Part shown: piece after piece, positions 26,098-36,200 of the stretch | Numbering within the stretch: the first letter of the stretch is position 1 | Layout: the number at the start of each line of letters is the position of its first letter | Origin: a bacterium | Lineage (GTDB): Bacteria > Patescibacteriota > JABMPQ01 > JBDRIV01 | Assembly (NCBI GenBank): GCA_043815505.1 | Contig: JBDRIV010000002.1 | Location: 246,943-310,942, forward strand | Direction of reading: 5' to 3' | DNA: 64,000 bases | Notes under the pieces: generated by a model | Database searches by the model: none | Told to the model about the DNA's origin: nothing | Seen by the model: only the letters and a program-made list of their open reading frames with translations | Made by a program: the position numbers and the translations under genes

Positions 26098-27420
26098 TTA
26101 AGATTCAATACCCTTTATTTTGCCAAATAACGAAAGGGGCAAAGCTTTTGTAACTAGGATGTTTTGCCAACTACCAACTAATTTTGGGAAGCCTTCAAAT
26201 TGAATTGATTTAAAATTCTGAGTCTTTCCTTGTAATAAAACTTGACCATTTTTATGTTTAGCCATTTCTACCAGAACTTTGAATTCTTTTCCCACATAGC
26301 TTTTATTAATTTCGAAGGCATGTTTTTTTAAAACTTTGGTTAACTCCAATTCTCTTCTCTTTTTCTCTTCTTTAGAAACATCATCGGGAAATACTTTAGC
26401 TGAAGCCGTTCCGGGGCGAGGGGAATACATGGCTGTATAAGCCATATCAAATTTAACATTATTAAAAAGCTTTAAGGAATCCTCGAATTCCTTTTTAGTT
26501 TCCCCAGAAAAGCCAACAATTAAATCGGTAGAGAGATTGAGATTGGGAATTTGTTTTTTAAGTATTTTCACAATTTCTAAATAGTGTTCTATAGTATATC
26601 GTCTGTTCATTCTATGAAGTACGTTGTTGTTTCCAGCTTGAACTGGAAGATGAACAAAATTACCAATTTTAGGTTCAGTTGCAATAATATCAATGAGTTC
26701 ATCGGAGAAATAATTGGGATGAGAGGTGAAAAAGCGAATCCAATAGTCACCAGAAAATTTTGTACAAGCTTTAAACAAATCGGCTAGGTTTTCAAGGGAG
26801 CTATTTTTATCAGGATTCTCATATTTATCTATTGTTTGCCCCAGCAGTGTAATCTCCTTATAACCTTTTTTCACTAAATCTTCAAATTCAGCAAGAATTT
26901 CAGATGCGGGACGAGAAACCTCGCGACCACGAGTAAAAGGAACGGCACAATATGTACAAAACTGATCACAACCGGTCATGATGGGCAAATAGGCTTGAAA
27001 AGAAGATTTATATTTAGGAAATATTTTAAAATAATCAGAATCGGGATTTATATCATCAAATGTATCAGTTAGCTTGGAGAGAGAGGTGGGAAGAGAGGGT
27101 ATGTCTTTAATGTCCAAAATAATATCAAAATTGCTTTTCATTTTTACTTTGTCAGTTGGTAGAACACAACCAGAAAGAATTGTTATGAGTTCACGGCGAC
27201 GTCGACGCTTCTGCCAATTTCTAGATTTGCCAACAATTCTATCAACTGCTTTCTGACGGACTGAGCAGGCGATAACCACAATAATACCAGCCTCTTTTTC
27301 TGAGGTGGTTTTAGAATAACCTATTTGTTCAAGCAAAGAGGAAATTCGTTCGGCATCAGACTCATTCATTTGACATCCTAGCGTAAATAGGTAATATTGC
27401 TTAGATAATTGCTTTTGCAT
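26098..27420 (-). CDS. miaB: Radical-SAM methylthiotransferase, MiaB family (tRNA-i6A37 methylthiotransferase)
   Basis: UPF0004 N-terminal domain (LGCQMNESD), radical SAM CDQFCTYC, C-terminal TRAM domain. Confidence 0.85.
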   Translation of the reverse strand: MQKQLSKQYYLFTLGCQMNESDAERISSLLEQIGYSKTTSEKEAGIIVVIACSVRQKAVDRIVGKSRNWQKRRRRRELITILSGCVLPTDKVKMKSNFDIILDIKDIPSLPTSLSKLTDTFDDINPDSDYFKIFPKYKSSFQAYLPIMTGCDQFCTYCAVPFTRGREVSRPASEILAEFEDLVKKGYKEITLLGQTIDKYENPDKNSSLENLADLFKACTKFSGDYWIRFFTSHPNYFSDELIDIIATEPKIGNFVHLPVQAGNNNVLHRMNRRYTIEHYLEIVKILKKQIPNLNLSTDLIVGFSGETKKEFEDSLKLFNNVKFDMAYTAMYSPRPGTASAKVFPDDVSKEEKKRRELELTKVLKKHAFEINKSYVGKEFKVLVEMAKHKNGQVLLQGKTQNFKSIQFEGFPKLVGSWQNILVTKALPLSLFGKIKGIES

Positions 27421-27487
27421 CCCGGTAGTACAATTAATACTAAATAAATATAAAACTTTGTAATTTACCCCGGATTGTACTACCGGG
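27421..27487. mobile_element. Family-1 inverted-repeat element, copy 5 (67 bp); flanked by CAT repeats and abutting the miaB start codon
   Basis: CAT(miaB start)-cccggtagtacaa...ccccggattgtactaccggg-CAT. Confidence 0.55.
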
Positions 27488-27538
27488 CATAAGTAGAAGT
27501 AAGTTTATCACATATAAGCGAACAAGCAACGCGCACTG

Positions 27539-27567
27539 TTGACTAGGATTTGATATTATGCTATAAT
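27539..27567 (+). promoter_or_regulatory. Consensus sigma70 promoter (TTGACT-17-TATAAT)
   Basis: Perfect -10 and near-perfect -35. It is followed by a terminator-like hairpin at 27578-27606. Confidence 0.5.
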
Positions 27568-27577
27568 TAGTACAGAT

Positions 27578-27606
27578 AATCCTGCAGTGCCAGGATTCTT
27601 ATTTTT
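27578..27606 (+). promoter_or_regulatory. Terminator/attenuator-like hairpin plus T tract in the leader
   Basis: atcctg-cagtgc-caggat followed by tcttattttt. Confidence 0.35.
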
Positions 27607-27628
27607 AAGGGAATATCCCTTAAAAAAG

Positions 27629-27733
27629 CCCAGTAGTACAACAAAAAGAGATAATTATTGTTAAAATTAGAAGATTTAATTATCTTAGGTTTATAGAAAA
27701 CATTAATAAATCAATTTGGTTGTACTATCTAGG
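27629..27733. mobile_element. Family-1 inverted-repeat element, copy 6 (degenerate right arm)
   Basis: cccagtagtacaa ... ttgtactatctagg. Confidence 0.4.
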
Positions 27734-27756
27734 AAACCAATATATAACAAAATATT

Positions 27757-29268
27757 ATGCCAATAAACCCGTTTTCAGGAAATAGAGGTGGTGGAGCTAT
27801 TCGCCCTGGACAACCAATCCAAGGTGGTAGTTTTGGTAATTCAGATAATAAAAAGAAGGATGATATTGATAAAGAGCCAGGTTCCGTTATTGGTTCTACG
27901 CAAGTAATGCCAGGTTTGGGTAGTGCACCTCAATCACAACCTGAGAAAAAGACAGCTAGAAGTTTTAATTTTGGTCAGTTTGGTCATAAAGATAAAAAGG
28001 ATGATCAACCAAATTTCAAACCTAAAGCCGCTTTTAATTTGCCTAAAAAAGAAATTCCAACAAGTCCACCAGTGAAACCACAAGAACCTTCTTCTCCAAA
28101 GAAGTCTTCGGGGCTAGGAAAAACTCTTTTAACAATACTAATAATTGTTGCTTTACTGGCTGGCTTTGTTTATTTATGGTTTGACCTAAGCAGTTTGAAG
28201 AATAATTTGGATATAGATAGTATTAAGGAATTAAATAAGGTTACTGCCGAATTAAGAGATAATATTGAATCTCTAACAACTTCTGCTGAACTTGATAATC
28301 GAATAGATCAATTGGAAGGAGATATGGATAATGTAAAAGAAGCATTAGGTGACACTTCTGAAGATAGTTTAGCTAGCGTAATCGCTTTGCTTAAACAATA
28401 TGACACCGACGGTGATGGTTTGAATGATTATGAAGAACAAGTTACTTATAGAACTGATATAAATAATAAAGACACCGACGGTGATGGTTATGAAGACGGT
28501 GTGGAAGTTGACAATGGCTATAATCCTAATGGCGAAGGTCGTTTGGATGAAGGAACAGAAGAAAACAACACTGAGGAAAATGAAGATACCGATGCAGCCA
28601 CAGCTGCCAGAACTGCATATGAAAATTTTATGGATTACAGACGTCAGCAAAAGCAAACTGAAACAGAAAATTTAATGACAGTAGCTGCTTTAGAGGCAAT
28701 TTCCGACAATGATTCTTTATATGGTCCAGGCAACGGTGTTACCTTTGCTGAATATGAAATAACTTCGGCTGTAGGTGAAAGTAAAACAAAAGCTAAATTT
28801 ATTGCGAAAGAATATTTATCAAATGCTTCCGATGCCGAAGATTATGAGTTGCACGAAACTACTTTAGAGAAAATAAATGGTTCTTGGCTGGTTACAAATT
28901 ATAATGAAGAGGCTATAGAAAAAACAACTCAAAGTGAAAGTGCTGTTGTGCAAGAACAGACAAGTAAGTTTATGAATGCGCGTATGGTTTCCAATCGCGC
29001 TACTGCTTTAGAATTTTTGACCGATGCAGCTAAGAACAAATATCAGTTTTCTGATATTTTACTTGGTCAGTCTGATCCGCATTATGAATCATACCGAATT
29101 ATGAAAATTGAAAATTCTGGCAATAACAAATATACTATAAATATTGAAATAAGTGAGGCTTCAAATGGAACGGTAACAAGAACTTTTGAAGAAACTTTAT
29201 CTGTAGAATTAGTTTCATCTGAGTGGTTGGTCAGTGCCATAAGTGGTAATATATATGATGCCAGCTAA
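27757..29268 (+). CDS. Membrane-anchored protein with thrombospondin-type-3-like Ca-binding repeats
   Basis: A single TM helix, repeated DTDGDGLNDYEE / DTDGDGYEDGVEVDNGYNPNGEG motifs, and a C-terminal domain. Confidence 0.5.
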   Translation: MPINPFSGNRGGGAIRPGQPIQGGSFGNSDNKKKDDIDKEPGSVIGSTQVMPGLGSAPQSQPEKKTARSFNFGQFGHKDKKDDQPNFKPKAAFNLPKKEIPTSPPVKPQEPSSPKKSSGLGKTLLTILIIVALLAGFVYLWFDLSSLKNNLDIDSIKELNKVTAELRDNIESLTTSAELDNRIDQLEGDMDNVKEALGDTSEDSLASVIALLKQYDTDGDGLNDYEEQVTYRTDINNKDTDGDGYEDGVEVDNGYNPNGEGRLDEGTEENNTEENEDTDAATAARTAYENFMDYRRQQKQTETENLMTVAALEAISDNDSLYGPGNGVTFAEYEITSAVGESKTKAKFIAKEYLSNASDAEDYELHETTLEKINGSWLVTNYNEEAIEKTTQSESAVVQEQTSKFMNARMVSNRATALEFLTDAAKNKYQFSDILLGQSDPHYESYRIMKIENSGNNKYTINIEISEASNGTVTRTFEETLSVELVSSEWLVSAISGNIYDAS

Positions 29269-29276
29269 GAGCTCGT

Positions 29277-30257
29277 TTGAGAAATAGGTTTTCACGAACT
29301 CTAAATATCATGACAGACAAACCAAACAACAATCCATTAAACAATGCTGCGCCGCCGTCAAATCTACCAATTGATGAGGGGCGTAATTTGAATAAAGAAG
29401 AAAAACCTCAATCAATACCAAATAATATTCCCGAACCGAATAAAAACAATGAAAATCCTAAAGATAATTTTCGTCAGATTCCTGTTAAAGGAGAATACAA
29501 AATTCTTCGTCCTGCCAATGTTCCACAAACTCCTTTTTCTAAAGTTGTTAAAGCTGACGATAAACCTATTCAAGCTAAATTTGGTCAAGGGGAACTTAAA
29601 AAGACCCACAAAGGACTATTTCGAAATATAGCATTATTGGTGGTAGCAATTCTAATCATTTTTGGCTTAATTGCTAGTTTTAGGTCTTTCTATCCTAAAT
29701 ATATTCAACCTATGTTTTCTGATTTACCATCCATTTTTGGTGGTAATTCTGAAAATTCAACTGAAGAAACTCCAACAGAAACTGCAACTGAAGAAACACC
29801 GGTTGTTAATAATGAAGGCGATGATGATAATGATGGTTTATTAAACGAAGAAGAAACACAATATAAAACTGACCCCAATGACCCAGACTCCGATAATGAT
29901 ACTTTACTTGATGGTTGGGAAGTATTCTATGATTTAGATCCTAAATCTGCTAAAGATGCCGATTCTGATAAGGATAATGACGGATTAACTGCCATTAAAG
30001 AATCACAAAACGGAACGGATCCGACTGATTCTGACTCCGATAATGATAAACTTCCCGATGGCTATGAAGTTGAACAAGGTTTGGATCCTTTAAGTGATTC
30101 CAACACTGATGCTGATGATGACGATGATGGATTAAAAAATGCCCAAGAATATATTTTTGGCACTGATCCAACAAATCCCGATACTGATGGTGATGGTTTT
30201 GAGGATGGACAAGAAGTTTTCTATGGCTTTAATCCTAATGGGGAGGGGAATTTGTAA
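29277..30257 (+). CDS. Paralogous membrane-anchored protein with about six TSP3-like Dx[DN]xDGxxD Ca-binding repeats
   Basis: Repeats such as TDPNDPDSDNDTLLDGWE and TDPTNPDTDGDGFEDGQEVFYGFNPNGEG, the same C-terminal motif as the upstream gene. Confidence 0.5.
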   Translation: MRNRFSRTLNIMTDKPNNNPLNNAAPPSNLPIDEGRNLNKEEKPQSIPNNIPEPNKNNENPKDNFRQIPVKGEYKILRPANVPQTPFSKVVKADDKPIQAKFGQGELKKTHKGLFRNIALLVVAILIIFGLIASFRSFYPKYIQPMFSDLPSIFGGNSENSTEETPTETATEETPVVNNEGDDDNDGLLNEEETQYKTDPNDPDSDNDTLLDGWEVFYDLDPKSAKDADSDKDNDGLTAIKESQNGTDPTDSDSDNDKLPDGYEVEQGLDPLSDSNTDADDDDDGLKNAQEYIFGTDPTNPDTDGDGFEDGQEVFYGFNPNGEGNL

Positions 30258-30299
30258 GATGTAACCCAGCACTTTCTAAAATAAAACGACAATATGATA

Positions 30300-30326
30300 A
30301 AAAATGTACTAGATTAGTACATTTTT
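30300..30326. terminator. Bidirectional terminator (perfect palindrome aaaaatgtacta-gat-tagtacattttt) between convergent genes
   Basis: 12-bp stem with A/T runs on both sides. Confidence 0.6.
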
Positions 30327-30357
30327 ATTGTTTAGAATCTACAAGAAAGGCTGGGTT

Positions 30358-32127
30358 TTATTCTCTATTATCCCTTTCTTTTACAACTTCTTTCACAAAC
30401 GAGGTTGTTTTTTTAATTCCAATGTCACCATCTTGCAAATGACGAACGGCCACAGAATCAGCTTTCATTTCTTTCTCGCCAACAATCAACATATAGGGAA
30501 TTTTGGCCAGTTCCGCTTCACGAATTTTCTTGCCTAAAGATTCTGAGCGATCATCAATTTCTACTCGCAAATTTTCTTTCACAAATTTCTCTTTTACTTT
30601 CTTGGTATAATCATTAAACTTGTCTGAAATTGGAATTATTTGAATCTGAACAGGGGACAGCCACAAGGGAAAAGCTCCACCAAAGTGTTCTATCATAATA
30701 CCAATAAATCTTTCCAAGGAACCAAGAATTCCGCGATGAATCATAATCGGACGAACTTCCTTGTTTTTATCGTCGGTATATTTAAGTCTAAATCTTTCTG
30801 GCAAACTGTAATCAATTTGAATTGTTGTTAGTTGCCATTCTCGACCCAGAACATCAGTTACCAGAAAATCTATTTTTGGTCCGTAGAAGGCTGCCTCACC
30901 AAGAATTTCCTCAGATTGCAATTCGTTATTTTTCACAGCCTCACGTAAATCGTTTTCTGCTTTTTCCCAGAGCTTATCATCACCAATATAGTTCTTCTTA
31001 TTTTTAGGATCGCGCAAACTTAAAGTCACTCTGAAATTTGTGAATTGCAAAGCTTTATAAGTATCTTTCGTTATTTTTATTAGATCGTTTAATTCATTTT
31101 GCAGCTGATCAGGTGAAACAAAATGATGAGCATCATCAATAGTAATGCTGCGCACTCGAGTTAAACCGGAAAGTTCACCAGATTTTTCGTTGCGATAAAC
31201 TGTGCCAAATTCTGCCAAGCGCAAAGGAAGTTCACGGTAGGATCTTTTCTGTGACTTATAAATTTCAATATGATGAGGGCAGTTCATTGGTTTTAGCATC
31301 AGTTCTTCACCATCAACCTTAATGGGTGGAAACATGGTGTCAGAATATTTTTGGTAATGTCCGGAAGTTTTATAAAGTTCTAAATTTCCCACGTGCGGAG
31401 TGGTAACAAATTTATAATCTTGCTGCAAGAGTTGTTCTCGCATCAGTTTTTCTAACTCTTGGCGAATTATTGTTCCTTTAGGAGTTAGAAGGGGGAAGCC
31501 AGAACCGACATTTTTAGAAAGCACAAACAAATTTAATTCTTTGCCCAGTTTTCTGTGGTCTCGCTTTTTGGCTTCAGCTAGAAGTTCTAAGTGTTTTTTC
31601 AGCTCCTTATCCGTAGCAAAAGCGACGCCGTAAATTCTTTGTAACATTGGCTTATTTTCATCACCGCGCCAATAAGCACCACTAATTTTTGTGAGTTTAA
31701 AAGCCTTAATTTCGCCAGTAGAATCTAAATGTGGTCCGCGACATAGATCAACAAAATTACCAGTTTTATAAACAGAAACTTTCTTCTCACCCAACTTACT
31801 TAGTTCCTCAATTAGTTCAACTTTGTAATTTTGGGAAGCTTCAGAAAATAATTTTTTTGCTTCTGCTATAACAACTTCTTCTTTATCAAAAGGATGATTA
31901 CCGCCGATAAGTTTTTTCATTTTCTTTTCTAAAATGGGCAAGTCTTCGGGAATCAAAGTTCGGGGCAAATCAAAATCATAATAAAAACCATTGTCTATTA
32001 TTGGACCAGTGCCAATTTTAGCTTCAGGAAACATTTGCAAAACTGCAGCTGCCAAAACGTGCGCGGTTGAATGGCGCATAATTTCAATTTTATTCATCTT
32101 TTTTGGACTTGGGTCTATTTCTGACAT
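30358..32127 (-). CDS. thrS: Threonine--tRNA ligase (short form)
   Basis: ThrRS editing and second additional domain (HSTAHVLAAAV), class II core, C-terminal anticodon-binding domain. Confidence 0.9.
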   Translation of the reverse strand: MSEIDPSPKKMNKIEIMRHSTAHVLAAAVLQMFPEAKIGTGPIIDNGFYYDFDLPRTLIPEDLPILEKKMKKLIGGNHPFDKEEVVIAEAKKLFSEASQNYKVELIEELSKLGEKKVSVYKTGNFVDLCRGPHLDSTGEIKAFKLTKISGAYWRGDENKPMLQRIYGVAFATDKELKKHLELLAEAKKRDHRKLGKELNLFVLSKNVGSGFPLLTPKGTIIRQELEKLMREQLLQQDYKFVTTPHVGNLELYKTSGHYQKYSDTMFPPIKVDGEELMLKPMNCPHHIEIYKSQKRSYRELPLRLAEFGTVYRNEKSGELSGLTRVRSITIDDAHHFVSPDQLQNELNDLIKITKDTYKALQFTNFRVTLSLRDPKNKKNYIGDDKLWEKAENDLREAVKNNELQSEEILGEAAFYGPKIDFLVTDVLGREWQLTTIQIDYSLPERFRLKYTDDKNKEVRPIMIHRGILGSLERFIGIMIEHFGGAFPLWLSPVQIQIIPISDKFNDYTKKVKEKFVKENLRVEIDDRSESLGKKIREAELAKIPYMLIVGEKEMKADSVAVRHLQDGDIGIKKTTSFVKEVVKERDNRE

Positions 32128-33270
32128 TTATTTAACTTTAATATCAATATGATCTTCTAAGGTAGGAACTGTTTTTACCCAGAAAGGGGAGAAAGATACT
32201 TCAATATCTTTTATATCCTTGTACTCTTCATAATACTGTTTTATTTCCATTTCGTTAAGGCCTTTAAGCTTTTCTTTTTCAAACAACTGATTGGAAAGCT
32301 TAGCAATTACATCAGCCGTTAAGGTGGCTTCAACTTTAGCTGTTCCGGCCACTAAATCATAGTCGGTAATTTTATAGGTAAAACTATCATCTTGAATTTG
32401 GACCAATTCTTGGTCAGCAGGAATAGAGGCTTCTAAATTATTTTTGGCATATTCTTTTAGAGTTTCTTCATCGTAAGTAATAACGGTGATTTTGGCTTTA
32501 ACTGTAACATCGAAAGTATCTGCTTCAGTATCCTTAGGTACACTAAATTCCTTAGAAATAAGCTCTTTTTGCGCTTCTACTTCAAATATTGCTTCACCCG
32601 ATTTTAAGTCTTTAGAGAGTTCTTTGATGGCATCTGTAGCTGCCTGATCGAGTGCTTCTTCTTCACCACGAGCCATTTCTTTTTCCGTTACAACTTTGGC
32701 TTCGCGGTAACCGCCGGTGGTAGCAGTTTTAGTTTCTCCATAAATTTTTTTTTGCCAATCGGGGAAGAGTTTTATGATATTAAATCTTTGGGGATCCAAA
32801 TTTCCTGTTTTTCCCGGTTGATCAGCTGTGATGTCTACTGTAACTTCTTCACCGGCTTTAGCAACAATGCGCTCGTCAGTTCTAAACAAAACATTATTTT
32901 CTGACATTAATTGCGAATTAGGAAGTAGAGGTTGGTCTTTATCACGCTTATTATAAATAGTAATTGTACCGGTGGCTTTTTCATCAAGGCCAATAGTTTC
33001 TACATTATTTACTGTGTAGGTGGATTTAACTTCAGTGGTAAGAACTCGGCCGGTAATAGTAACTCCCAGTTGTTCGGAATCATTTATATTATCTGGTGCA
33101 ATCATAGCATTAAAAGAACTTGTTAAAGTATCGTCTTGAGGAACAAGATTAATAGCTGCCCTAGAAAAAGAAGCATAAATTACAAAAGCAATTAAAAGAA
33201 GACTAGCGAGCACAAAAAATACAAGCAGCTTTTTATATGATTTACCGGTTTCGATTTTTCCTATATACAT
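32128..33270 (-). CDS. Hypothetical membrane-anchored protein, in an operon between dnaE and thrS
   Basis: 380 aa with an N-terminal TM. No recognisable motif. Confidence 0.4.
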   Translation of the reverse strand: MYIGKIETGKSYKKLLVFFVLASLLLIAFVIYASFSRAAINLVPQDDTLTSSFNAMIAPDNINDSEQLGVTITGRVLTTEVKSTYTVNNVETIGLDEKATGTITIYNKRDKDQPLLPNSQLMSENNVLFRTDERIVAKAGEEVTVDITADQPGKTGNLDPQRFNIIKLFPDWQKKIYGETKTATTGGYREAKVVTEKEMARGEEEALDQAATDAIKELSKDLKSGEAIFEVEAQKELISKEFSVPKDTEADTFDVTVKAKITVITYDEETLKEYAKNNLEASIPADQELVQIQDDSFTYKITDYDLVAGTAKVEATLTADVIAKLSNQLFEKEKLKGLNEMEIKQYYEEYKDIKDIEVSFSPFWVKTVPTLEDHIDIKVK

Positions 33271-33279
33271 ATGTTTATT

Positions 33280-36200
33280 TTACGATACTGTGCCCTGCCC
33301 GACAACCACCTCAATATTTTTAATCAATTCATCGTTGCGGTTGATGGCGAGCGAAGTAGTAACTTCTTTATACTTACCATTTTTCGTAGGAATTTTCAAA
33401 ATTACAGGTTGTTCACCAGGGTAACGTTGCAGAATCTCTTTCAGTTGATAAAAAGTGTCTTTTTTAGTGTAAGGGGGGACGGTAATTTGCAGAGGGTCGC
33501 CACCAGTGGCACTAATAGGTCGGGGATTGTTATTTGCAGAGTGAGAATAGGAAGGGATATTGGAATCAAAGGAAAAACCTCTTTTTTCATCCTGGATTTC
33601 TTCCGTAGTTAAAACTTTAACTTTATTAGCTAGAATTTTAGGTATAGAATCACGAGCGGAAATTTTTCCAGAAACCATGACAAAATTATCTTCTTGCCAA
33701 ACATTAGGAGTTTCCGCATAGAGATTAGGGAAAACCACAATTTCTATGGCTGAAGTAGGATCTTCAATGGTAACAAAAATCATTGGGTCACCCTTTTTAG
33801 TTACAATTCTCTGAACAGTAGTAATTAATCCTCCCACTACCAATTCGCGCGCCCCTTTTACTTCCTGCTTAATTATATTGTTTAGCGGTGTGGTGTATTT
33901 ATCTAAAAATGGCTTAAATTCTGATGTTGGATGTTCCGTTACATATAAACCGAGCAATTCTTTTTCCCAATTTAGGCGTTGTCTTTTGGGCGCGTGGGGT
34001 GCATCAGCTAGTTGTAATTTAGGAATTTCGGATTGGCCAGTTAAAGCAAAAATAGTTTCTTGGCCTGATTCCTTATCCTTATGAATTTGTTTAGAATATT
34101 TTAAAATTCTGTCCATATTTTCCAGCATTTGATTGCGTCGACCAAAAAAATCCATGGTCCCACATTTAATTAAACTTTCCAGCGATTTTTTATTGATAGC
34201 TTCGGGTGGAATACGATGTAAAAATTCTTCTAAATTGGCAAATTGTTTTTCTTTTCTTTCATCAACAATTATATCCACCAAATTGTGACCAACATTTTTT
34301 ACAGCATCCAAACCGAAACGAATTCCTTCTTTTCCTTCCTTAGTTTCTATGACAGTAAAACCACCATAACTTTCATTAACATTTGGGGGGAGAACAGATA
34401 TTCCCATTTGTTCACATTCATTTACTTCAATAGCGACGCGGTCAATATTTTCTTGGTCAGAAGTTAAAAGTGAAGCCATAAATTCAGTAGGGAAGTTGGC
34501 TTTTAAATATGCTGTTTGGTAGGCAATCATGGCATAACAGGCAGCGTGAGCACGATTGAAGCCGTAACCAGCAAACGGTTCAATAAAAGCAAAAACTTTT
34601 TCTGCCACCGATTTATCCACACCATTATTTATACAACCGGAAATGAATTTAACTTTTTGTTCAGCTAAAAGTGAAGCAATCTTTTTACCAACCGCTTTAC
34701 GTAAAATGTCAGCTTCCCCAAGTGAGAAGCCAGCCAAGTCTCGGGCAATCTGCAAAACTTGCTCCTGATAAACAGCTACACCATATGTTGGTTCCAAAAT
34801 TGGTTTTAATTTTTCGTGTAAATATGAGGCCGAGCGCTTCCCGTGTTTACCGGAAATGTAATCGGGAATCAATTCCATTGGACCTGGCCGGTAAAGGGCT
34901 ACCATGGCAATAATATCTTCAATATCAGTTGGTTTAAGTTGTTTCAAATATCTTTTCATTCCAGCTGACTCCAATTGAAACACACCAGTAGTCAAAGCTT
35001 TTTTAAGCAGCTGATAAGTTATTTTATCATCCAGGGGAATATTATCTAAATCAATATCAACGTCTTTGTTGCGTTTAATAATTTTTAAAGTTCTATCAAC
35101 AATAGTTAAGTTTTTCAGTCCCAAGAAATCCATTTTCAAGAGTCCCATATCTTCTACCGGATGCAGAGAAAATTGAGTAACGATGGTTTTGTCGCTAGCT
35201 GAAGCATATTGGCGGGGCATGTAAGTATCAATCGGATCTTTGGTAATAACGACGCCACAAGCATGAGTTGAGGCATGACGAGCCACACCCTCAAGTTTTT
35301 TCGCCAGATCCAGTAGTCTTTTAGCTTGAGGATCAGTTTCGTACATATCTTTCAATTCGGGAACAGTTTCTAAGGCTTTAGCTAAGCTGGAAAACATTGG
35401 GATGAGTTTGGCAACTTTGTCGCAATAAGCATAAGGATAAGCCAAAACACGTCCAGTGTCGCGCACCGCAGCTCTAGCCGCCATAGTTCCAAAAGTTATA
35501 ATTTGTGCCACCTTGTCACTACCATATTTTTCGGAAACATAATCAATAACTTCGTCGCGGCGATCATCAGCAAAATCAATATCAATATCAGGCATAGAAA
35601 TTCTTTCTGGATTCAAAAAACGCTCAAAAACCAAATTGTATTTTATGGGATCGATGTTGGTAATGTTCAAAAGATAGGCGACAATACTACCAGCAGCAGA
35701 TCCTCGTCCCGGTCCCACCACAATACCATTATTTTTAGCAAAGTTAACGAAGTCAGAAACAATTAAAAAGTAGTCAGCATAACCAGTTTTGGCAATAACT
35801 CCCATTTCGTACTCAAAACGGTCCAAGATTTCTTGTTTATCCTTTTTTTGTTCTTCGGATAAATCTTTTCCTGGAAACAAATCAGGAAACCTAATTGGCA
35901 AAGCTTCTTCGCAAACTTGGCGCAAATATCCTTCATGATCATCTCCGGGAACTTCAAAATGAGGTAGTTTTATTTTTCCCAGTTCAATTTCCAAATTACA
36001 CATCTCTGTAATTTTTTGGGTATTGGCAATGGCTTCGGGCAAATCAGAAAAAAGTTCTTGCATTTCCTCCTCAGACTTTAAATCCAAATCTGATTCCATC
36101 ATTGTTAAACGATTTTGCTCATTTACTGTTCTTTGGGTTTGAATGCAAACTAAAATATCTTGTACTTCTTTGTCGGCGGGGCGCAAATAGTGAACATCGT

